Source of the DNA: Candidatus Omnitrophota bacterium
GTDB lineage: Bacteria > Omnitrophota > Gorgyraeia > Zapsychrales > Zapsychraceae
NCBI GenBank assembly: GCA_020429915.1
Contig: JAGQKV010000026.1
Coordinates: 2,217 to 66,216 of the forward strand
Direction: 5' to 3'
Length of the DNA stretch: 64,000 nucleotides
The translations under genes and the position numbers were made by a program. Under the pieces are notes generated by a model. The model searched no databases, was not told the origin of the DNA, and saw only the letters and a list, made by a program, of their open reading frames with translations. Shown piece after piece: positions 10,569 through 21,698 of the stretch (position 1 is the first letter of the stretch; every line of letters starts with the position of its first letter).

Positions 10569-11051
10569 ATGGCTTTGAAAGAAAACGATAAGGCGCCCGA
10601 CTTCAAGCTGCCTAATCAGGACGGTGAAAAGGTCAAGCTCGCCGATTTCAAAGGGAAGTGGCTGCTGCTGTATTTTTATCCCAAGGACAACACGCCCGGC
10701 TGCACCAAAGAGGCGTGCGCGATGCAGGAGAGCCTCAGGCAGTTCAACAAACTCGACTTTGCCGTCGTCGGCGCCAGCACCGATTCCGTAGCCAGCCACA
10801 AGAAGTTTGCCGAGAAGTTCGGCCTCACTTTTGATCTGCTCGCCGATGAGGACAAGGCCCTGGTCAAGGACTACGGCGTGTGGGGCAAGAAGAAATTTAT
10901 GGGCAAAGAGTACTTGGGGATCAACCGCAGTTCCTTTTTGATCGATCCGAAGGGGAAGATCGTCAAGATTTATGCGAAGGTGAAGCCGGCGGAGCATGCG
11001 GATGAAGTTCTTGCGGATTTGAAGGAGCTTCAATCGCAAGTAAAAGTATAG
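10569..11051 (+). CDS. bcp: Thiol peroxidase / peroxiredoxin Bcp (AhpC/TSA family)
   Basis: Classic Bcp motif YFYPKDNTPGCTKEAC. The protein is 160 aa and has an RBS-like AAAGGAGA upstream. Confidence 0.9.
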   Translation: MALKENDKAPDFKLPNQDGEKVKLADFKGKWLLLYFYPKDNTPGCTKEACAMQESLRQFNKLDFAVVGASTDSVASHKKFAEKFGLTFDLLADEDKALVKDYGVWGKKKFMGKEYLGINRSSFLIDPKGKIVKIYAKVKPAEHADEVLADLKELQSQVKV

Positions 11052-11060
11052 GTAACTTGA

Positions 11061-11160
11061 GGTGGGATTGGTGATTTGTGATTGGTGGACGGCCCGTTAT
11101 TTTATTCCCAAACTTGGGCCCGCAAGCTATTCAAATCCCCAATAACTAATTACCCCTACA
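11061..11160. repeat. Heptamer tandem repeat inverted pair (GGGATTG GTGATTT GTGATTG ... AATCCCCAATAAC)
   Basis: Direct 7-mer repeats with a partially complementary downstream arm. Located after bcp. Confidence 0.5.
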
Positions 11161-11184
11161 GTATATAGTTGGCAAGTTCTCAGC

Positions 11185-11790
11185 GTGCGCGATATAATGC
11201 CAAGCGTTATGAAACGCGTCGTTTATCTGCCAATTCTACTGATCCTCCTCACACCAATTCAAGCCATTGCCGACACACTGGGCGACGTCCTGGAGCGTCA
11301 GGACATGAGCGGTTACCTGGCTGACATTCCCGCCGCGCAACCCGTTACCAGTTATGCTGCCTATCAGGACCGGACGACCTTCCTGTTGGCGTATTATCAC
11401 GCCTATCCCCAAGATCAGAATTTCCTTGAGGACACCCTGCGCGTGCTTCACATCGACCTTCCCGCCCGGCAGGTGACACGTAAGGAAATCCTGTTGCCCG
11501 TTAAGTTGAATGCGTATGAGCCGACTTACCTGGGATCCGTCCTCGAAGTCCGCAAGATCGGTCCGCGTTTTTATTTGAAAGGCCACCTCAGCCCGTCCGC
11601 CAGTCCGACCCTCGTGTTAACGGAGGAATTGGATGTGTGGGATGTCCTGCCCGGCTGGGTGACAGAGACGGATGAGGGGGGCGGCATCATATACCAGCAC
11701 AATGCGGTGCATTTCGGCGTGCCGTCAACACCGCCACGGTTTTTCCGCTATGATCCGGCTGGCCGGACATCCGTCGCTATAAAAAATTAG
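11185..11790 (+). CDS. Hypothetical exported protein
   Basis: ORF with an N-terminal hydrophobic signal (VVYLPILLILLTPIQA). No recognisable domain. The exact start is uncertain (alternative Met at 11197 or 11209). Confidence 0.45.
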   Translation: MRDIMPSVMKRVVYLPILLILLTPIQAIADTLGDVLERQDMSGYLADIPAAQPVTSYAAYQDRTTFLLAYYHAYPQDQNFLEDTLRVLHIDLPARQVTRKEILLPVKLNAYEPTYLGSVLEVRKIGPRFYLKGHLSPSASPTLVLTEELDVWDVLPGWVTETDEGGGIIYQHNAVHFGVPSTPPRFFRYDPAGRTSVAIKN

Positions 11791-11838
11791 GCACACATGC
11801 TCCGGTGATCACGGATTTATGATATCGTAGTACGGAAT

Positions 11839-13299
11839 ATGCGATCTTCTCTAGCAGACAGTTGGCTGACAATCATGTGGCGCCCCATGGGCCGCTGGCG
11901 CACGGAGGTGTTGTGGCGGTTGTTCGGGATCGTGCTGATTCAGTATGTCACCATCCAGGCGCAGGATTATGACTGGGCGACATTTATGAGTCTGCCGCGG
12001 GGATTGCATTGGGCGGGACTGGCGGGTTTGATGTTGGTTGTTCTGGGCGCGCGGCTCATCTGTCTGATTATTGCCGCGGGTGTCCTGCTTTGTTATCTGC
12101 TTCCCATCTATTTTTACGTCGTGACCCTGCAGGTCTCCGAGGAGTACCTGCTTTTTTTGTGCTTGCCGTTGACGGCGATCCTGCTCAGCGTGATCGTCAT
12201 GCTGACGCACTCAGGAATCGATGAGCGCCGCCGCGAGATAATCGATGACGCGCACTGCGCATTGTTTCGGGTCAGCGCGTTGATGATGATGAGTTTCGCG
12301 GCCTTTCACAAAATCAACAGCGATTTTCTCAATCCTGATGTCTCCTGCGCCGCCGGGTTGTTCGCCAATCTCACCGACTGGTGGAACATTCCGTTCCTGG
12401 CCGTTCTCAGGAACGCGCCGCCGGCCATGGGGATCGTCACCGAGGCCTTGGTGCCGGTATTGCTGGCGATCAGTCCGCCGCTCGGTTTGATCTACACGAT
12501 TTTCCTGATGGCATTCATCGGCCTTCTCGGAGCGACGGCCTTCACCCTGATTGTGATTGTGATGGCCTGCGGCTTTCTCCGGGATGAGGACGGGACCGTG
12601 ATCCGCGCGGGCTTTAGTAAGTACAAATGGATCATCGGTGGGATCACGGCGGCTGTAGCGGTGATTTCATTCTTAACCTATACAGGTAAACCGCACTGGT
12701 TCGGATTTCTGCTGTTTCAGTCGACAACGCTGATGGTTTTAGGCGCGGCGATCCTGCCGGTCATTGGCGGCGCACCGCGGCGTCAACCGCTACGCCTGTT
12801 GCCTTCGCCGGCGGCGGTGCGTGTGACGCTGACGGTCTACCTGATCGCCGGGGTCGTCAACGGGTTCAGCCCGTACCTGGGGTGGAAGTTCCGCAGCAGT
12901 TTTGCCATGCTGAGCAACTTGCGCACCGATCATGCACGTTGGAACCATCTGCTCGTCCCCAAGGCCTTTTTTCTGCGCGAACATGATCATTTTATCCGCA
13001 TTACCAAGGTCGACATGAACGCTCCCGCCTACCGGCGCCAGCAGGCCCTAGGCCGGCGCGCGGCCAAAGAGGGAATGGTCGTCGGTCTGGTTTCGCCGAT
13101 GAGCTTGGCGCTACGTTTGAAACGTTTTAACGGTGAGGACACGCAGGTCGACCTGCATGTGACTTACAAAGGAGCCGACTACTTTTTTCCCGACGCCACG
13201 CGCAGCGTCCGTTTAAAGGCCTGGCTCGCCGGCCTGCCGCACAACAAACTCTTCCAGGAATGGCTCGTCAGTGAAGGGCCTCAGCCGTGTTATCACTGA
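11839..13299 (+). CDS. Polytopic integral membrane protein of unknown function
   Basis: 486-aa ORF with at least 8 hydrophobic helices. The start codon is uncertain and no motif could be assigned confidently. Confidence 0.5.
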   Translation: MRSSLADSWLTIMWRPMGRWRTEVLWRLFGIVLIQYVTIQAQDYDWATFMSLPRGLHWAGLAGLMLVVLGARLICLIIAAGVLLCYLLPIYFYVVTLQVSEEYLLFLCLPLTAILLSVIVMLTHSGIDERRREIIDDAHCALFRVSALMMMSFAAFHKINSDFLNPDVSCAAGLFANLTDWWNIPFLAVLRNAPPAMGIVTEALVPVLLAISPPLGLIYTIFLMAFIGLLGATAFTLIVIVMACGFLRDEDGTVIRAGFSKYKWIIGGITAAVAVISFLTYTGKPHWFGFLLFQSTTLMVLGAAILPVIGGAPRRQPLRLLPSPAAVRVTLTVYLIAGVVNGFSPYLGWKFRSSFAMLSNLRTDHARWNHLLVPKAFFLREHDHFIRITKVDMNAPAYRRQQALGRRAAKEGMVVGLVSPMSLALRLKRFNGEDTQVDLHVTYKGADYFFPDATRSVRLKAWLAGLPHNKLFQEWLVSEGPQPCYH

Positions 13300-14061
13300 T
13301 TACTTTTCGAGGATGGCATAAATATTAATCGAGAGATACTCCCGCAGGAACGGCAGGGCGCGCAGGGCGTTGAGGACCGGGACCAAGGGGTGGGCGGCGG
13401 TATTGACCCGGTAGGAGATCTTTTTCAACCCGCAGTCATCGATCATACGTTCATAATCCGCGTAGTCGAGACCGTTCAGGCCGAGATCGTTCAATGAAGA
13501 AATATTCTCGCCGGGATGGCGGCGGTTATAAGAGGAGATTTTCTGCGCGTGCGTTCCGCTTACATGCGCCCACGGAAAATATTTCTGGGCCGGTAAATTG
13601 AGCCGGCGGTGATCGCCGAACGGTGCGTTATAAAGCGGGCCGAAACCGAGATAAAAACGGCCGCCGGCTGACAAATTATTATTTACTGCCGCCAAACAGC
13701 TGGCCGGATCCTCGATGTGTTCGAACGTCGCCTGCGACAGGACAATATCGAACGGCTGTTCGTTTAAATCCTCAATAGTCCTGTGCCGGAACGAGACACG
13801 CGGCCGCAAGTCTGTGAAGCGTTCATCCAATAGTTCATCGGCCATGCCGATCAGTTTCGCGTTGACGTCCAGGCCGACCACCTCTTTTGCGCCGGCACCG
13901 GCCGCGTGAAACGTGAGCGCACCGTGCCCGCAGCCGATGTCCAGCACGCGTTTGCCGGTGAAGTCGATGCCGCCCGGAAAACGGCCCACGAATTCACGGG
14001 CCTTGTCCTGCCGGTGTTCGAAGTACTTCAGGTCTTTGGCGGTAAGTTCCATGGTTAACAT
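13300..14061 (-). CDS. Class I SAM-dependent methyltransferase
   Basis: SAM-binding motif VLDIGCGHGALTF. The longer ORF reaching 14217 has a non-protein-like N-terminus, so the likely true start is M-L-T-M-E-L-T at 14061. Confidence 0.75.
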   Translation of the reverse strand: MLTMELTAKDLKYFEHRQDKAREFVGRFPGGIDFTGKRVLDIGCGHGALTFHAAGAGAKEVVGLDVNAKLIGMADELLDERFTDLRPRVSFRHRTIEDLNEQPFDIVLSQATFEHIEDPASCLAAVNNNLSAGGRFYLGFGPLYNAPFGDHRRLNLPAQKYFPWAHVSGTHAQKISSYNRRHPGENISSLNDLGLNGLDYADYERMIDDCGLKKISYRVNTAAHPLVPVLNALRALPFLREYLSINIYAILEK

Positions 14062-14374
14062 TCTAGCAAAGATCAGGCGAAAGGCATCCGAAATGTTTGC
14101 CGCCAAATAAACAGCACCTGTCATGGATTCTGTTGGATTGACATGTTTGTGGAAGCTGAGATATAGTAAGCAAGCGATAAAGGGAGGTGGGTGATGAGTG
14201 ATGGGTGGCGACAGCAAGGACGTCTCCCGGACAATCTTTGAAGGAATGACTCTTCACCATTATGGCAGTGATTTCGGTCCCGATATTGATTTAATGAAGC
14301 GGTTAGCCCATGAGCTTCTGGATAGAAATTGCAGCACATAGCCGGATCATCACCCAAAGCAGGAATTAAGTCCC

Positions 14375-17300
14375 ATGAAGGAAACCATGCAAGTCTGGAT
14401 CGACCGCGGAGGCACCTTCACCGACTGCCTCGGTGTCTTCCCCTGCGGGGAGATGGCCTGTGCCAAGGTGCTGTCATCGGATTCCGCACCGTTGCAAGGG
14501 ATCCGCGTCCTGCTCAGTCTCCGCCGTAACGAACGCATCCCACCGTGCGAGATCAAGATGGGTACGACCATCGCGACCAATGCCCTGCTCGAACGCAAGG
14601 GCGTTCGCCAGGCGCTTTTGATCACCAGAGGATTTAAGGACACGCTCGCCATCGGAACCCAGCAACGGCCCGATCTGTTTGATTTGCGCATCACCCTGCC
14701 GTCCGTCCTGCCGGATAAAATCATCGAGGTGGACGAGCGTCTGGCCGCCAACGGGCGCGTGTTGCAGCCGGCCGATCCCGCCGTCATCCGCCGGGAACTG
14801 GACCGGTTGCGCCGTGACGGCTATCGCAATGTGGCCGTGGTCCTGTTGCACGGCTACGCGCATCCCCGGCACGAGAAACTCATTGCCGGCCTGGCACGGC
14901 AGGCCGGGATGACGCACGTCGCCTGTTCGCATGAAGTCTGTCCCGAGATCGGACTGACCGGACGCGGCGATACCACCACCGTGGACGCCTATCTGACTCC
15001 GCTACTTATCAATTACATGAATGTCCTGCACGCTGACCTGCCCGGTTCCACACTGATGATGATGCAGTCCAGCGGCGGCCTGATCGACGCCGCGCATTTT
15101 CGCGGCGCCAACGCGATCATGTCGGGCCCGGCTGCCGGGGTGGTGGCCTGCGCCCGGCTTGGAGAATGGTTCGGTTACGACAAACTGATCGGCTTCGATA
15201 TGGGCGGGACGTCGACCGATGTCTCGCGCTATGACGGCGCCTTCGAATATACCTACGAAACGGTCACCGCGGGCGTGCGCATCAAGGCCCCGATGGTACG
15301 TATTCATACCGTGGCCGCCGGCGGCGGATCGATCTGCCGTTGTCTCGCCGGCCGGCTGACCGCCGGGCCGGACAGCGCCGGCGCGGATCCCGGTCCGTTG
15401 TGTTACGGTTTGACGGACAAGAACGGCCGGCCCAAGGCCCGCGAACTGACCGTCACCGATATCAATTGTTTCCTCGGCCGCGTCATCGAGGATAACTTTC
15501 CCATGAACCTGCACAAACCGCCGGTCGCGGTTCGGCTGCGTGCCGTTCAGGCCGAATTGAAGAAGCACAAGCAGGACCTCGGCCTGGCGCGCATCGCTGA
15601 AGGATTCCTCGAGGTGATCAATCTGCAAATGGCCCAGGCGGTCAAGGAAATCTCCGTCGCGCAGGGCCGTGATGTGCGTGAATATACGTTGTGCAGTTTC
15701 GGCGGGGCCGGGGGACAGCACGCCTGCGCGGTGGCCCGTCATCTTGGGATTCAGAAAGTCTTGCTCCATCCGTACGGCGGTGTTCTTTCGGCCTACGGTA
15801 TCGGCCTGGCCGATACCGTGTGGAGCGGTTCGGCGCCGGTGAAACACCAGCCGCTGAACGATGTCACCCGTAAGAATCTCGGCCCGATCTTCGCCCGGCT
15901 GATGCGTAAGGGCGGACGCCTGCTCAAGAAGCAGGGTTTCAATCCGGTGGATATGTATTACGTCCTGAAATTCGATCTGCGGTACACGGGCACCGACAAC
16001 GCGATCACGGTCAGCGAACCCAAGGATATGAATTATCTCCGTGCTTTTACGGAAGAACACCGTAAGCTTTACGGATACGTGCGCGAGAACCGTCCGGTCG
16101 AAATCCTGCAGGTCCGCGTCGATGTCATCGGCAGGACGCCGCATCCGCGGCCGCCCAAATTGCCGCGGACGGGGAGAGGGAAGACGCCGGCGCCGGTGCG
16201 TATCGGCCAAACGATCTTTGACGGACGCATGCTGCGCACGCCGGTGTATCAACGCGACGGCTTGACCCCCGGCGCTTGCATCAAGGGGCCCGCCCTGATC
16301 CTGGAAAAAATCGGCACTATCGTGGTGGAACCGGGATTCCGGGCGGCCGTCGATGACTATGGAAACATTGTTCTCGAACAGACGATACGAGCCGGAGCGA
16401 AAAAGTACGGCAGCCGGGCCGATCCGGTGGCGCTGGAGGTCTTCAATAATCTGTTTATGTCGACGGCTCAGCAGATGGGCAAGGCCTTGCAGCGCACGGC
16501 CGTGTCAACCAACATCAAGGAACGGCTCGACTTTTCCTGCGCGCTGTTCGATGCCCGCGGCGACCTGGTCGCCAACGCGCCGCACATCCCGGTGCATCTC
16601 GGGGCGATGGGACAGAGCGTGCGCGCCGTCATGGTCGCACATCCGCGGATGAAGCCGGGCGACGTCTTTGTGACCAACAATCCCTTTGACGGAGGGACGC
16701 ACCTGCCGGATATCACGGTGGTGACGCCGGTGTTTTACAAGAAGACGGACCGGCGCCCGGCGTTTTTTACCGCCAGCCGGGCGCATCACGCCGACGTCGG
16801 CGGCGTCACGCCGGGGTCGATTCCGCCATTTTCGCGGACGATCGCGGAGGAAGGCGTCCTGCTCGATCACGTCAAACTGGTCAGCTGCGGCCGTTTTCAG
16901 GAACAACTTTTTGAACGGATGTTCTCCTCCGGCGACTATCCGGCACGAAACCTCGCCGACAATCTCGCCGACCTACAGGCTCAAATCGCGGCCAACCGTC
17001 TCGGCGCGCGGCTGCTGGAGGAAATGTGCGGTCATTACGGCATCAAAACAGTGCTGGCCTACATGCGTCATGTCCGCGACAATGCCGCCCGCCAGGTGCG
17101 CGACGCCCTGGCCCGCATTCCCGACGGCGTGCATGAGTTTGAGGACGCGCTCGACAACGGCGCGCCGATCTGCGCGCGGATCACGGTGCGCGGTCGCCGG
17201 GCCGCGATCAGTTTTAAGGGAAGCGCTCCGCAACAGGACGACAACCTCAACGCGCCGCCCGCCGTGGTGCGCTCGTGCGTGCTGTACGTCCTGCGCAGTC

Positions 17301-17950
17301 TGGTGAAAGAACCGATCCCGTTGAATGACGGCTGCCTGGCCCCGGTCAGTATTACCATTCCCCCGGGGTCGGTATTGAATCCGTCGCCGGGCCGGGCGGT
17401 GGTCGGCGGAAACGTGGAGACCTCGCAACGCGTGGTGGACTGTCTGCTCGGCGCGTTGGGCCTGGCCGCGGCCAGTCAGGGCACGATGAACAACCTGGCC
17501 TTCGGCGACCGGCACTTCGGTTATTATGAAACGATCGCTGGAGGAGTCGGCGCGGCCGACGGCTATCACGGGGCCGACGCGGTGCACACGCACATGACCA
17601 ATACCCGCATTACCGATCCCGAGGTCCTGGAGACGCGCTTTCCGGTCCGGCTGGCGGAATTCCGGATCCGTCCATTATCCGGAGGAAAGGGGCTTTTCCG
17701 CGGCGGATGCGGCGCGGTGCGGTCTTTTATTTTTCTGAAGGATCTGGACGTCTCTTTATTGACCGAGCGCCGCGTGCGCGCGCCGTTCGGATTAAAGGGG
17801 GGAAGCGCTGGTCAACCCGGGCGAAACGTGCTAGTGTTAGCGAACGGCACGAAAAAGATATTGAACGGCAAGGTTTCCCTGCGGGTCAAGCGGGGCGACC
17901 GGCTCGAGGTCCACACGCCCGGCGGCGGTGGATTCGGCAGAAAGACGTGA
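14375..17950 (+). CDS. Fused hydantoinase A/B family enzyme (5-oxoprolinase-like, ATP-dependent)
   Basis: N-terminal [14 protein letters not shown] (HyuA / Hydant_A N-terminus) and a C-terminal HyuB-like half, 1191 aa, as seen in 5-oxoprolinases. Confidence 0.9.
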   Translation: MKETMQVWIDRGGTFTDCLGVFPCGEMACAKVLSSDSAPLQGIRVLLSLRRNERIPPCEIKMGTTIATNALLERKGVRQALLITRGFKDTLAIGTQQRPDLFDLRITLPSVLPDKIIEVDERLAANGRVLQPADPAVIRRELDRLRRDGYRNVAVVLLHGYAHPRHEKLIAGLARQAGMTHVACSHEVCPEIGLTGRGDTTTVDAYLTPLLINYMNVLHADLPGSTLMMMQSSGGLIDAAHFRGANAIMSGPAAGVVACARLGEWFGYDKLIGFDMGGTSTDVSRYDGAFEYTYETVTAGVRIKAPMVRIHTVAAGGGSICRCLAGRLTAGPDSAGADPGPLCYGLTDKNGRPKARELTVTDINCFLGRVIEDNFPMNLHKPPVAVRLRAVQAELKKHKQDLGLARIAEGFLEVINLQMAQAVKEISVAQGRDVREYTLCSFGGAGGQHACAVARHLGIQKVLLHPYGGVLSAYGIGLADTVWSGSAPVKHQPLNDVTRKNLGPIFARLMRKGGRLLKKQGFNPVDMYYVLKFDLRYTGTDNAITVSEPKDMNYLRAFTEEHRKLYGYVRENRPVEILQVRVDVIGRTPHPRPPKLPRTGRGKTPAPVRIGQTIFDGRMLRTPVYQRDGLTPGACIKGPALILEKIGTIVVEPGFRAAVDDYGNIVLEQTIRAGAKKYGSRADPVALEVFNNLFMSTAQQMGKALQRTAVSTNIKERLDFSCALFDARGDLVANAPHIPVHLGAMGQSVRAVMVAHPRMKPGDVFVTNNPFDGGTHLPDITVVTPVFYKKTDRRPAFFTASRAHHADVGGVTPGSIPPFSRTIAEEGVLLDHVKLVSCGRFQEQLFERMFSSGDYPARNLADNLADLQAQIAANRLGARLLEEMCGHYGIKTVLAYMRHVRDNAARQVRDALARIPDGVHEFEDALDNGAPICARITVRGRRAAISFKGSAPQQDDNLNAPPAVVRSCVLYVLRSLVKEPIPLNDGCLAPVSITIPPGSVLNPSPGRAVVGGNVETSQRVVDCLLGALGLAAASQGTMNNLAFGDRHFGYYETIAGGVGAADGYHGADAVHTHMTNTRITDPEVLETRFPVRLAEFRIRPLSGGKGLFRGGCGAVRSFIFLKDLDVSLLTERRVRAPFGLKGGSAGQPGRNVLVLANGTKKILNGKVSLRVKRGDRLEVHTPGGGGFGRKT

Positions 17951-17953
17951 TCC

Positions 17954-20872
17954 ATGACAGAGCCTTCCCGGGAACAGAGGATCCAGGACACCGGCCGGCG
18001 CCTGCTTGAGCTGGCGCGCCGGGAGGAAGCGGTCCTCGCCAAGAAATACCGCTTTGAGTACGCGCTGCTCGACTGGTGCATGGCCAATGACGAGCTGAAG
18101 ACTCGCGTATTCCGTTTTATTGACGTCTTCCCGCAGCTGCGGACGGCCGATCAGGTCGTCCGGCACATCCGTGAATATTTCCCGCAATCCGAACACCGCA
18201 TCCCGGCCTCCATCCGCGCCGGACTGACGCTGACCCGTGCGCCGTTACTGACGAAGAATGTCCTCAATACCATTACCCGTTCAATGTTCGCGCGGATCGC
18301 GCGGCTGTTTATTGCCGCGCAGGATACCGCGCAGGTGATGAAGGTCCTGGACGGTCTCGACGAGCGCGAGGTAACCGCTTCCATCGACTTGCTGGGTGAG
18401 CGGACGCTCAGTGACAGCGAAGCCGAAGACTATTTTCATCGCTATTACGCGCTGATCGAGGCCTTCGGCCGGCGCGGGGGTGACATCAGCCGGCAGAATA
18501 TCTCGGTAAAGCTTTCGGCCTTGGACCCGCTCTTTGATCCGATCGATCCCGAAGGTTCCAGCCAGCGCGTACGCCGCCGGTTGAGCGAACTGCTGCGTGC
18601 GGCACGGGCGGCAAACGTCTTTGTTCACATTGATATGGAAGAGTACGCGGTGCGCGACCTGACCCTCACCGTGGTACGCGATGTCCTGCAGGACGCGGAG
18701 TTCCTCAACGGGATCGATATCGGCATCGTGTTGCAGGCCTATTTGCGTGACGCCGACGAATGTCTTGATGACATCCTCGGCTGGGCACGCACGCTATCGC
18801 GGCCGGTGACGGTCCGGTTGGTGCGCGGCGCTTATTGGGACCAAGAGATCATGCTGGCGCGGGCCAATCACTGGACGTCTCCGGTTTTTCATAACAAACA
18901 GGAAACCGACTTGATGTTCGAACGGCTTATCGACCGGATCCTGGATGAACCGGAGTGTCTGCGGCTGGCCGTGGCCACGCATAATGTGCGTTCCATCGCC
19001 TGCGCGATGACCATGGCCGAGGAAAAAGGCGTGAGCCATGACAGTTTCGAGTTTCAGTTGCTCTACGGGATGGGCGCGCCGCTGGTGGAGGCCCTGCGGC
19101 AACTGGACTACACCCCGCGGGTGTACATGCCGATCGGCGACGCCGTTCTGGGGATGTCGTATTTGGTCCGTCGGCTTCTGGAGAATGTCTCTTCGCAATC
19201 GTTCGTCCGCCGCGGGATCCATGAAAAGGCGGACCCGCAGACCGTGCTGGCACCGCCGGAGGAAATCGACACGCCGCCGATCAACGAGGAGTCCGGCGGT
19301 TTTGAACCCTGTCCACCGCTTGAGTTTTTTGAGGAGGCCCCGCGCATCCATTTCATCGCGACGCTGGCCCGCACGATCAGCGAAGGCCCGGTCGAGGTGC
19401 CGTTGATTATCAACGGTAACGAAATCTTCAAGCCGTCGCCATTAACTGTCTTGTCGCCGAATGACGGAAAGACGCCGGTGGTTCGCGCGACCATGGCTGA
19501 GGCCGGTGACGTGGAGCAGGCTCTGAGTGCAGCGCAGTTGCAGTTTCCCGCGTGGTCGCGGCGTCCGATGTCCGAACGGGCGGATTATTTGCGCAAAGCG
19601 GCGCAGTGGATGTCCGATCACCGCAGCCGGCTAGCCGCGTCGGCGGTGATTGAGGTCGGCAAACCATTGCGGGAGGCGGACGCAGACGTGAAGGAAGCGA
19701 TCGACTTCCTCAATTACTATGCGTGGGCCGCCGAACGAATGGACCGCACGGCGGATGTGATGTCGTTGGCTGACGAAATCAATACGGTCGTTCCGGTCGG
19801 GCGCGGGGTGACCGCGGTCATCGCTCCCTGGAATTTTCCGCTGGCGATTTTGACCGGGATGAGCGCCGCGGCCTTGGTTATGGGCAATACGGTCATCCTG
19901 AAACCCGCCGAACAGTCGATGCTGTGCGGTCTGGAGGTGATGAACGCCTACCGGGGGGCCGGGATCCCGGCGGGGGTGGTCAATTTTCTGCCCGGCCGCG
20001 GCGAGGACGTCGGCGTTCGGCTGACGGATGATGAACGCGTGAAGATTATCGCGTTTACCGGCTCGCGCACCGTCGGGACCGGGATTATCGAACGGGTCCA
20101 CCGCGATCTCGGCGGCCGGCGGGATATCAAGAAGCTGATTGTTGAGATGGGCGGCAAGAACGCCGCGATCGTGGACGGCAGCGCCGACTTTGATCAGGCC
20201 ATTCCCGCCGTACTTGCCTCCGCCTTCGGTTTTGCCGGACAAAAGTGCTCGGCGTTATCGCGACTGATCGTTCTCGACGATATTTACGATGATTTCGTGG
20301 CCCGCCTGTGCCGCGCCGCGCCGTCGGTCTTGACCGGCAGCGCCCTGGACCCTTTGACCGGATGCGGGCCGGTCATCGATCCGGACGCCTTGCAGCGGAT
20401 CCGCAAGGTGTTAACGGACGCTCGGGATTCGGGAACCGTGGCGTACCAGGCGGCATTGCCGGAGGGGATGCCCGGATACTTTATTCCGCCGACGATCATT
20501 ACCGGCCTGCCCGCGGCCTCGCCGCTCTTGCGTGAAGAGATCTTCGGGCCCGTCCTGGCCGTGTTGCGCGCCGGCACGCTCGCCGAAGCGCTGCGCATCG
20601 CCAATGACAGCGACTATGCACTTACCGGCGGGATCTTCAGCCGAACGCCGTCGTCGATCGCGCGCGCCAAACGGGACCTGCAGGTTGGGAATCTGTATGT
20701 GAACCGGATCATTACCGGCGCACTCGTTGGCCGGCATCCCTTCGGGGGATACAAAATGTCAGGGACCGGGACCAAGGCCGGCGGAGCCGCGTATTTACGC
20801 GAATTCTGTGTGGAGCGGACGATTAGCGAGAATGTTATGCGACACGGCTTTGCGCCGTTGGGTGAAGATTAG
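17954..20872 (+). CDS. putA: Bifunctional proline dehydrogenase / L-glutamate gamma-semialdehyde (P5C) dehydrogenase PutA (short form without DNA-binding domain)
   Basis: PRODH motif [10 protein letters not shown] in the N-terminal half and ALDH motifs [11 protein letters not shown] and GQKCSA in the C-terminal half, 972 aa. The start lies 4 nt after the hydantoinase stop. Confidence 0.9.
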   Translation: MTEPSREQRIQDTGRRLLELARREEAVLAKKYRFEYALLDWCMANDELKTRVFRFIDVFPQLRTADQVVRHIREYFPQSEHRIPASIRAGLTLTRAPLLTKNVLNTITRSMFARIARLFIAAQDTAQVMKVLDGLDEREVTASIDLLGERTLSDSEAEDYFHRYYALIEAFGRRGGDISRQNISVKLSALDPLFDPIDPEGSSQRVRRRLSELLRAARAANVFVHIDMEEYAVRDLTLTVVRDVLQDAEFLNGIDIGIVLQAYLRDADECLDDILGWARTLSRPVTVRLVRGAYWDQEIMLARANHWTSPVFHNKQETDLMFERLIDRILDEPECLRLAVATHNVRSIACAMTMAEEKGVSHDSFEFQLLYGMGAPLVEALRQLDYTPRVYMPIGDAVLGMSYLVRRLLENVSSQSFVRRGIHEKADPQTVLAPPEEIDTPPINEESGGFEPCPPLEFFEEAPRIHFIATLARTISEGPVEVPLIINGNEIFKPSPLTVLSPNDGKTPVVRATMAEAGDVEQALSAAQLQFPAWSRRPMSERADYLRKAAQWMSDHRSRLAASAVIEVGKPLREADADVKEAIDFLNYYAWAAERMDRTADVMSLADEINTVVPVGRGVTAVIAPWNFPLAILTGMSAAALVMGNTVILKPAEQSMLCGLEVMNAYRGAGIPAGVVNFLPGRGEDVGVRLTDDERVKIIAFTGSRTVGTGIIERVHRDLGGRRDIKKLIVEMGGKNAAIVDGSADFDQAIPAVLASAFGFAGQKCSALSRLIVLDDIYDDFVARLCRAAPSVLTGSALDPLTGCGPVIDPDALQRIRKVLTDARDSGTVAYQAALPEGMPGYFIPPTIITGLPAASPLLREEIFGPVLAVLRAGTLAEALRIANDSDYALTGGIFSRTPSSIARAKRDLQVGNLYVNRIITGALVGRHPFGGYKMSGTGTKAGGAAYLREFCVERTISENVMRHGFAPLGED

Positions 20873-20879
20873 TCACAAG

Positions 20880-20975
20880 GGTGATGAGTGCTGTGTGATG
20901 AGTGATGATCGTATTAGGCGCCTCGTATGCGGCACCGGATACTGCCATCACCCATCACTTCATGCACCTCCTGAA
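20880..20975. repeat. Heptamer tandem repeat inverted pair (GTGATGA GTGCTGT GTGATGA GTGATGA ... CATCACCCATCAC)
   Basis: Located between putA and the ATPase gene. Confidence 0.5.
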
Positions 20976-21001
20976 AACAGCACTTACAGGCGAGCTGACC
21001 A

Positions 21002-21544
21002 ATGATCCATACACTAAAACTATGCGCAAGACACTCCGGCCGCGTCAGCGGTCCGGATGAAATGTCGTTCCCATCGGGGTACACGGTCATCGCCGGGCCC
21101 AACGGTTCGGGGAAATCAACACTGCTGCGGGCCATTCACGAATGTGAGGAGTGCCGGTGGGAGGGAGACGAGGACAGCGCGTTTTTTTATTTCGACAGCG
21201 AAACCATGAACCCGCACCGCTCGGACGACGCGCACAGCGGCTGGCCGGGATCACTGATTAAGGTCCGCGCCATGTTTTCTTCACACGGGGAAACCATGCG
21301 CGACGTCCTCAGTCTGGTCAAGTTTAAGCCGGGCGACACCTTGTTGCTGGACGAACCGGAAAGCGGCCATGATTTGGACTGGGCCATCCGGATTCACAAG
21401 GGCGTACTGCGGATCGTCCGCGGCGGGGTGCAGGTGATCGCGGCGTCGCACCATCCCGTTTTTTGGCAGAAGGCCCATCTGATCGAGTTACGCAAGGATT
21501 ATGTAGAGCGGGCGCGGCTTAAATGGCGCGACCGTTTGTCATAG
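21002..21544 (+). CDS. Small standalone P-loop ATPase (ABC/AAA_21-like)
   Basis: Walker A GPNGSGKST and Walker B LLLDEPESGHD in 180 aa. No partner genes are adjacent. Confidence 0.55.
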   Translation: MIHTLKLCARHSGRVSGPDEMSFPSGYTVIAGPNGSGKSTLLRAIHECEECRWEGDEDSAFFYFDSETMNPHRSDDAHSGWPGSLIKVRAMFSSHGETMRDVLSLVKFKPGDTLLLDEPESGHDLDWAIRIHKGVLRIVRGGVQVIAASHHPVFWQKAHLIELRKDYVERARLKWRDRLS

Positions 21545-21698
21545 AGTTGGTTCGTCGATTTCGCTGATTGAGCGCGGGGTTCCCGAGGAGTTATCGATAT
21601 GCAATTGACCATGGATTACAACCTGTTGACCGGTGTCGTGCTCGGGCCGCTTGGTTCCGGCCGAAGCACTGGCATGAAGGACATGCTCTGGAAGCGCT

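Noticed and set aside
15002-16252. 416-aa minus-strand ORF inside the hydantoinase gene, and other minus or off-frame ORFs across 14.4-20.9 kb
   Set aside because: It is antisense to strongly motif-supported genes (hydantoinase, PutA). The composition is R/P/A-rich, as expected for high-GC antisense frames.
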